A DNA stretch of 64,000 bases from Dongia sp. (GTDB lineage: Bacteria > Pseudomonadota > Alphaproteobacteria > Dongiales > Dongiaceae), in the NCBI RefSeq assembly GCF_041910485.1, contig NZ_JAYRQR010000034.1:9113-73112 (forward strand). The letters are read 5' to 3'. The notes under the pieces were generated by a model. The model did no database searches. It was not told where the DNA came from and saw nothing but the letters and a program-made list of their open reading frames with translations. Positions 60,408-64,000 of this stretch are shown here, piece after piece. The first letter of the stretch is position 1. The number at the start of each line of letters is the position of its first letter. Position numbers and translations under genes: made by a program.

Positions 60408-60896
60408 TCAGTTCGGATTTGCCGGGCAGGGAAAGCGACTGGCGATGGCATTGCTGATGACGTCCGAACCTGGCAAGTCCAATTGCTCGGGATGAGACTG
60501 CATCCACTCGACGGCCATCACCGTGACCTGCTCGTAATCGATCATGTCGGCAAAACGCGGGTCGATTGTGGTGCGATCGGTCTTGAAGAATGCGACATCA
60601 TAGACGCATCGACCGTCCTTCTGGCCACTTGGCACAAGGTTGGTCCAAATCTCGGCAATACAAGTTGCTGAATAGGTGCCGTCCTCGTACCTATTGGCAT
60701 CGCAGGTTGCGAGAATCTCGCGCGCCGTAGGAGGTCTGGAACTCAAATAGTCGAGTCCCATCCAGGTACCTTCGAGCGCAACACCCATGAGTGCGAAAGC
60801 ACAAGCATACCGCCAGCTCTTCGCCAGTGCAGCCATCAGGGCGAATAGTAGCAGGAAGAAGCTAAAGACATTCATCGGTGCGACCGCGTGCATCAA
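60408..60896 (-). CDS. hypothetical membrane-anchored protein with a Rap1a/Tai-like C-terminal pattern
   Basis: 162 aa with an N-terminal hydrophobic anchor. The C-terminus ...YEQVTVMAVEWMQSHPEQLDLPGSDVISNAIASRFPC fits the pattern ..hPe.l....a......fPC, which I recall from memory only. Confidence 0.35.
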   Translation of the reverse strand: MMHAVAPMNVFSFFLLLFALMAALAKSWRYACAFALMGVALEGTWMGLDYLSSRPPTAREILATCDANRYEDGTYSATCIAEIWTNLVPSGQKDGRCVYDVAFFKTDRTTIDPRFADMIDYEQVTVMAVEWMQSHPEQLDLPGSDVISNAIASRFPCPANPN

Positions 60897-60939
60897 GGAC
60901 GGCGCATGCTATCCGAGGTTGCAGCGAAGTAGAAGTGGC

Positions 60940-61341
60940 TCAATCGTGTGGCGTCTGGTTTCCCTGCAGCAGGGCCGAGGTGTAGTGGTTGCCGTCGCGG
61001 GTGACCCAGATGAGAGTCCAGCCGTCGCGGAGGATGTCGTAGCAGGCCTGCGGTGCCTCGCCCCAGATCGAGCAATATTGCGTCGCGTTGGTACTCCAGC
61101 GGCCGGTCTGTAACTCGGCACCCTTGGTCTTGTAGGTGGTCCAGCCATCGGCGCCGAAATAGCTCCAATATTCGGTGCCGGCCCACTCGCCGTGAACGGT
61201 ATTGCCTTTGAATAGGTCGTAGATCTCCTTGCCGCTCATTCGCGCCGGTTCGGCGGCGGCGGGCAGGCAGAGGCAGGCGAGCAGGGCAATGCTATTCAGG
61301 CAGAACCGGATTCTCCGGGACCATGTCTTTCTTGCGGGCAT
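60940..61341 (-). CDS. small secreted protein, DUF995-like
   Basis: 133 aa with a signal peptide ...ALLACLCLPAAAEP. The pattern LFKGNTVHGEW...DGW...GRW...YCSIW...CYDI fits my memory of DUF995. Confidence 0.4.
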   Translation of the reverse strand: MPARKTWSRRIRFCLNSIALLACLCLPAAAEPARMSGKEIYDLFKGNTVHGEWAGTEYWSYFGADGWTTYKTKGAELQTGRWSTNATQYCSIWGEAPQACYDILRDGWTLIWVTRDGNHYTSALLQGNQTPHD

Positions 61342-62230
61342 GATGCACCTCGCGCTGGGCGATGTAGAGGTTGGCGGCGATGATGATGGCGGCGCCGCCG
61401 AGCGTCTGGATAGTCGGAATCTCGTTCCAGATCGACCAGCCGAAGAAGGCGGCCCAGATCAGGGCCGTGTATTCGATCGGCGCCAGCATCGATGCCTCGC
61501 CGCTGCGGAAGGCCCTGATCATGCAGAGTTGCGCCAAGGCGGCACTGCTGCCCTGGAGCAGGAGGATCGCCCAATCGGTGCCGGTGGGCCAGCTCCAATC
61601 CATCGCCGCCAAGGGGCAGACGATGACGAGCGTCGCGGTCGAGGTGTGGAAGAGGATGTTGTGCGAACTGTCCTTGCCGGAAATGCGGCGGAGCGTGATG
61701 AGAGTGAGTGCGTAGAAGAAGGCCGAGACTAGCACCAGGATGGCGCCGATATTGAGGTGGCTGAAGAAATCACCATCAGGTCGCGGGGCGGCGACAAGGG
61801 CGATGATCACGCCGACGAAACCGACGCCGACGGCGGCCCAGCGGCGGGCACCAACCTTCTCGCCGATCAAGGGACCTGACAGGGCCGTGACGAACAAGGG
61901 TGCCGCGAAGGCGATGGCGATGGCATCGGCGAGCGGCAGGTCGCGCAGGCCCTCGAAGAAGGTATAGCCGGTCAGCATGATCAGCACGCTGCGCATGGCA
62001 TGAAAGCGGAAGAACGAAGTCTTCACGCGGAAGGGGTTGCCGGTGGCGCGCCAGGTGAGGCCGATGGCGACGATAAGGGCCGGCACGCGACCGACGGCGA
62101 GGATCTGCCAGGTGCTGTAGCCGCTGGTGAGCCATTTGACGCTGGCATCGGCGACACCGAAGAGCAGGACGCCCATTGCCATGAAGAACATGGCGCCGGC
62201 GGGCGACAACTTCGCGCCCGCGGCACTCAT
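61292..62230 (-). CDS. EamA/DMT-family transporter (tandem paralog 2)
   Basis: Trimmed to the ATG at 62230, which overlaps the upstream stop (ATGA). Ten TM spans. Confidence 0.78.
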   Translation of the reverse strand: MSAAGAKLSPAGAMFFMAMGVLLFGVADASVKWLTSGYSTWQILAVGRVPALIVAIGLTWRATGNPFRVKTSFFRFHAMRSVLIMLTGYTFFEGLRDLPLADAIAIAFAAPLFVTALSGPLIGEKVGARRWAAVGVGFVGVIIALVAAPRPDGDFFSHLNIGAILVLVSAFFYALTLITLRRISGKDSSHNILFHTSTATLVIVCPLAAMDWSWPTGTDWAILLLQGSSAALAQLCMIRAFRSGEASMLAPIEYTALIWAAFFGWSIWNEIPTIQTLGGAAIIIAANLYIAQREVHHARKKDMVPENPVLPE

Positions 62231-63114
62231 GCAGCGGCGCCCCGCTTCACCGCCTCGCGATGCGCGATATAGAGGCTGGCGCCGATGATGATGGCGGCAC
62301 CGACGAGTACCTGGATCGTCGGCAGATCGCCCCAGAAGAGGTAGCCGAAGAGCCCCGCCCAAACGAGGGCGGTATATTCGAAGGGTGCCAGCAGCGACGC
62401 CTCGCCGACGCGGAAGGCGCGCACCATGCACATCTGCCCCAGGGTGCTGCAGCTGCCCTGGACGAGGAACAATCCCCAGTCGAAGGCATTCACTGGCCAT
62501 TTCCATTCGTGGATGGCCGGTCCCAGCACGATAAGGAGGCTGAACAAGGTCGCATAGAAGATGATGTTGTGTCCCTGTTCACGCCCGGCGAGCGGCCGCA
62601 GCCACAATTGGCCGATGGCATAGGTGATGGCGGCGATGAGGGCGAGGAGGGCGCCCCAACTGACGCCATGACGGCCTGGCTCTAAGGCAACGACGACGCC
62701 AACGAAGCCGATCACGACCGCGCTCCAGCGCCGCCAGCCCACTTTCTCACCCAGGATCGGTCCTGACATCGCAGTGATGAAGAGAGGAGCGGCAAAGGCG
62801 ATAGCAATGGCGTCCGCGAGTTCCAGGTAACGCAGACATTCGAAGAAGGTCCAGGTCGTCGCCACCACGAAGAGCGAGCGGACCATATGCGTCACCAGGA
62901 ACGAGGTACGCAGGACATGGACGCCGCGATGCTGATAGAGGATCATGGTCAGCACGACGGTCAGCGTGATCATGCGCGACGTGGCGCTGATCTGCCAGGT
63001 GCCGTACCCTTCCGTCAATTTCTTGGTGACGGCATCCAGTACGGAGAACCAGAACACGCCCAACGCCATCAGGAACATGGCGCGATAGAGAGCTTTGGTG
63101 GTGGGCGCGGTCAT
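62227..63114 (-). CDS. EamA/DMT-family transporter (tandem paralog 1)
   Basis: Trimmed to the ATG at 63114. It is collinear with the downstream paralog, for example FFECLRYLELADAIAIAFAAPLFITAMSGPILGEKVGWRRW against FFEGLRDLPLADAIAIAFAAPLFVTALSGPLIGEKVGARRW. Confidence 0.78.
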   Translation of the reverse strand: MTAPTTKALYRAMFLMALGVFWFSVLDAVTKKLTEGYGTWQISATSRMITLTVVLTMILYQHRGVHVLRTSFLVTHMVRSLFVVATTWTFFECLRYLELADAIAIAFAAPLFITAMSGPILGEKVGWRRWSAVVIGFVGVVVALEPGRHGVSWGALLALIAAITYAIGQLWLRPLAGREQGHNIIFYATLFSLLIVLGPAIHEWKWPVNAFDWGLFLVQGSCSTLGQMCMVRAFRVGEASLLAPFEYTALVWAGLFGYLFWGDLPTIQVLVGAAIIIGASLYIAHREAVKRGAAA

Positions 63115-63240
63115 GAAAGGGGGGGGCACGCGATGGTTGCTGGCGAGAATAACTATCCAATTGGATAGCACGCCATTTCCCGGGCGAGGCCATCTATAAA
63201 CGCGGAGCCCTCATGCGAGCGGCATCTTCGCGTTTGCAGC

Positions 63241-63269
63241 AAAAGAAAAGGCCGCCCCGAAGAGCGGCC
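63241..63269 (-). terminator. intrinsic terminator downstream of soxG
   Basis: ggccgc (63250-63255) pairs with gcggcc (63264-63269) around an 8-nt loop. The minus strand is followed by TTTTCTTTT. Confidence 0.6.
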
Positions 63270-63280
63270 CGTTCTGATGT

Positions 63281-63359
63281 CGTCGTCCCCGGGCGAAGAC
63301 CCGGGGATCCACTGGCGCAGTTGATAGACTGGATGCCCGGGTCAAGCCCGGGCATGACG
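63281..63359. repeat. 79-bp two-hairpin REP-like element, full copy B
   Basis: cgtcgtccccgggcgaagacccggggatcca ... tggatgcccgggtcaagcccgggcatgacg. It has the same length and layout as copy A at 8048-8126. Confidence 0.85.
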
Positions 63360-63368
63360 GAAGCTAGG

Positions 63369-63980
63369 TTAGTGCGCGCGGACGGCGAACTTGAAATCGC
63401 GGCCGACCAGCCAGAACCATTGCCACAGATAGTCCGAGAAGCTCTTCAACACATAGATGTCGAAGGTCGGGTTGGTGTCGATCTGGTCCAGCAGGATGTT
63501 GGCCTTGGTGAGGCCGGTCTGGGCGCATTGGCCGGGCTGGAACACACGGGGGTGCAGATCGAGGCTGCAGCCGCGGGCCAGAACATCGCGCGCCGATGGG
63601 CCCGAGATGGTGATCACCGTCCGGCTTTCCGAGACGTCGATGACGGCAGCGTGCTGGCCGTTGAAGGCCTGGCGGAGATCATCCACCAGCTTCGCCGGTT
63701 CGGCATTGGTGCTGACGACCCACCATTCGGTCGGGCCCAGCCACAGGATGCGGAAGTCGCCGGCACGGGCGGTCGTGTTGGGCGTCACCGGCAGGTCGAC
63801 ACCGGTCACCGACTTCACGGCGGATTTGAAGGCATCGCCGCCATCGCCACGGATGTTGACGATGGTGCGGTGCGCGGACTCACCGATCAGGAGATCGGCG
63901 CCGGCGGAATCGCCACGGGCGGCAGCGGCGGTGAGGCCAAAATGCTGCAGCGCGCTGCGGCGGGTGTAGGTATCAGCCAT
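63369..63980 (-). CDS. soxG: sarcosine oxidase gamma subunit
   Basis: 203 aa of SoxG-family character (RSALQH..., ILWLGPTEWWVV). The rest of the sox operon would lie beyond the window end. Confidence 0.75.
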   Translation of the reverse strand: MADTYTRRSALQHFGLTAAAARGDSAGADLLIGESAHRTIVNIRGDGGDAFKSAVKSVTGVDLPVTPNTTARAGDFRILWLGPTEWWVVSTNAEPAKLVDDLRQAFNGQHAAVIDVSESRTVITISGPSARDVLARGCSLDLHPRVFQPGQCAQTGLTKANILLDQIDTNPTFDIYVLKSFSDYLWQWFWLVGRDFKFAVRAH

Positions 63981-64000
63981 TGGCTTTTTCTCCCTCTTCA

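Overview
This is a high-GC bacterial chromosomal segment whose gene content looks alphaproteobacterial, probably Hyphomicrobiales/Rhizobiales-like. That placement is inferred from gene families and synteny only; no search was run. About 65 protein genes are supported.

Housekeeping genes: trpE, a ppiD-like gene, tpiA-secG-pyrG-kdsA, rnd, aspS, argS, fpr and yciB.

Accessory catabolic content falls into three groups:
- A phosph(on)ate head-group island at 9.5-19.9 kb. It holds an APH-kinase/AGXT2L-type phospho-lyase fusion, a LysR regulator, phnW-phnA-phnY, a second LysR, and a TmpA/TmpB-like oxygenase pair.
- A sulfite-reduction cluster: truncated cysG, DUF2849, cysI, DUF934.
- Dispersed choline-to-glycine genes: betI-betA, choXWV plus a HAD gene, a BHMT-like gene, a DMGDH-like gene divergent from a non-pyrrolysine MttB-family gene, and soxG.

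I saw no rRNA, tRNA, CRISPR array, transposase or integrase.

The most unusual non-genic signal is a 673-bp gene-free gap at 43.25-43.92 kb. It contains an orphan sigma70-like promoter, a ~310-nt ORF-free region closed by a 22-position helix, and a 35-bp hairpin. I flag it as a candidate uncharacterised structured RNA, with a TIR-bounded MITE as the alternative.

Other second-look items:
- a ~1.6-kb low-GC islet of orphan genes bracketed by half-copies of a two-hairpin REP family
- a CysG with a decayed methyltransferase domain
- an argS-GNAT translational overlap
- several operator-like repeats

All functional calls rest on motif recognition by eye. No database search was run.
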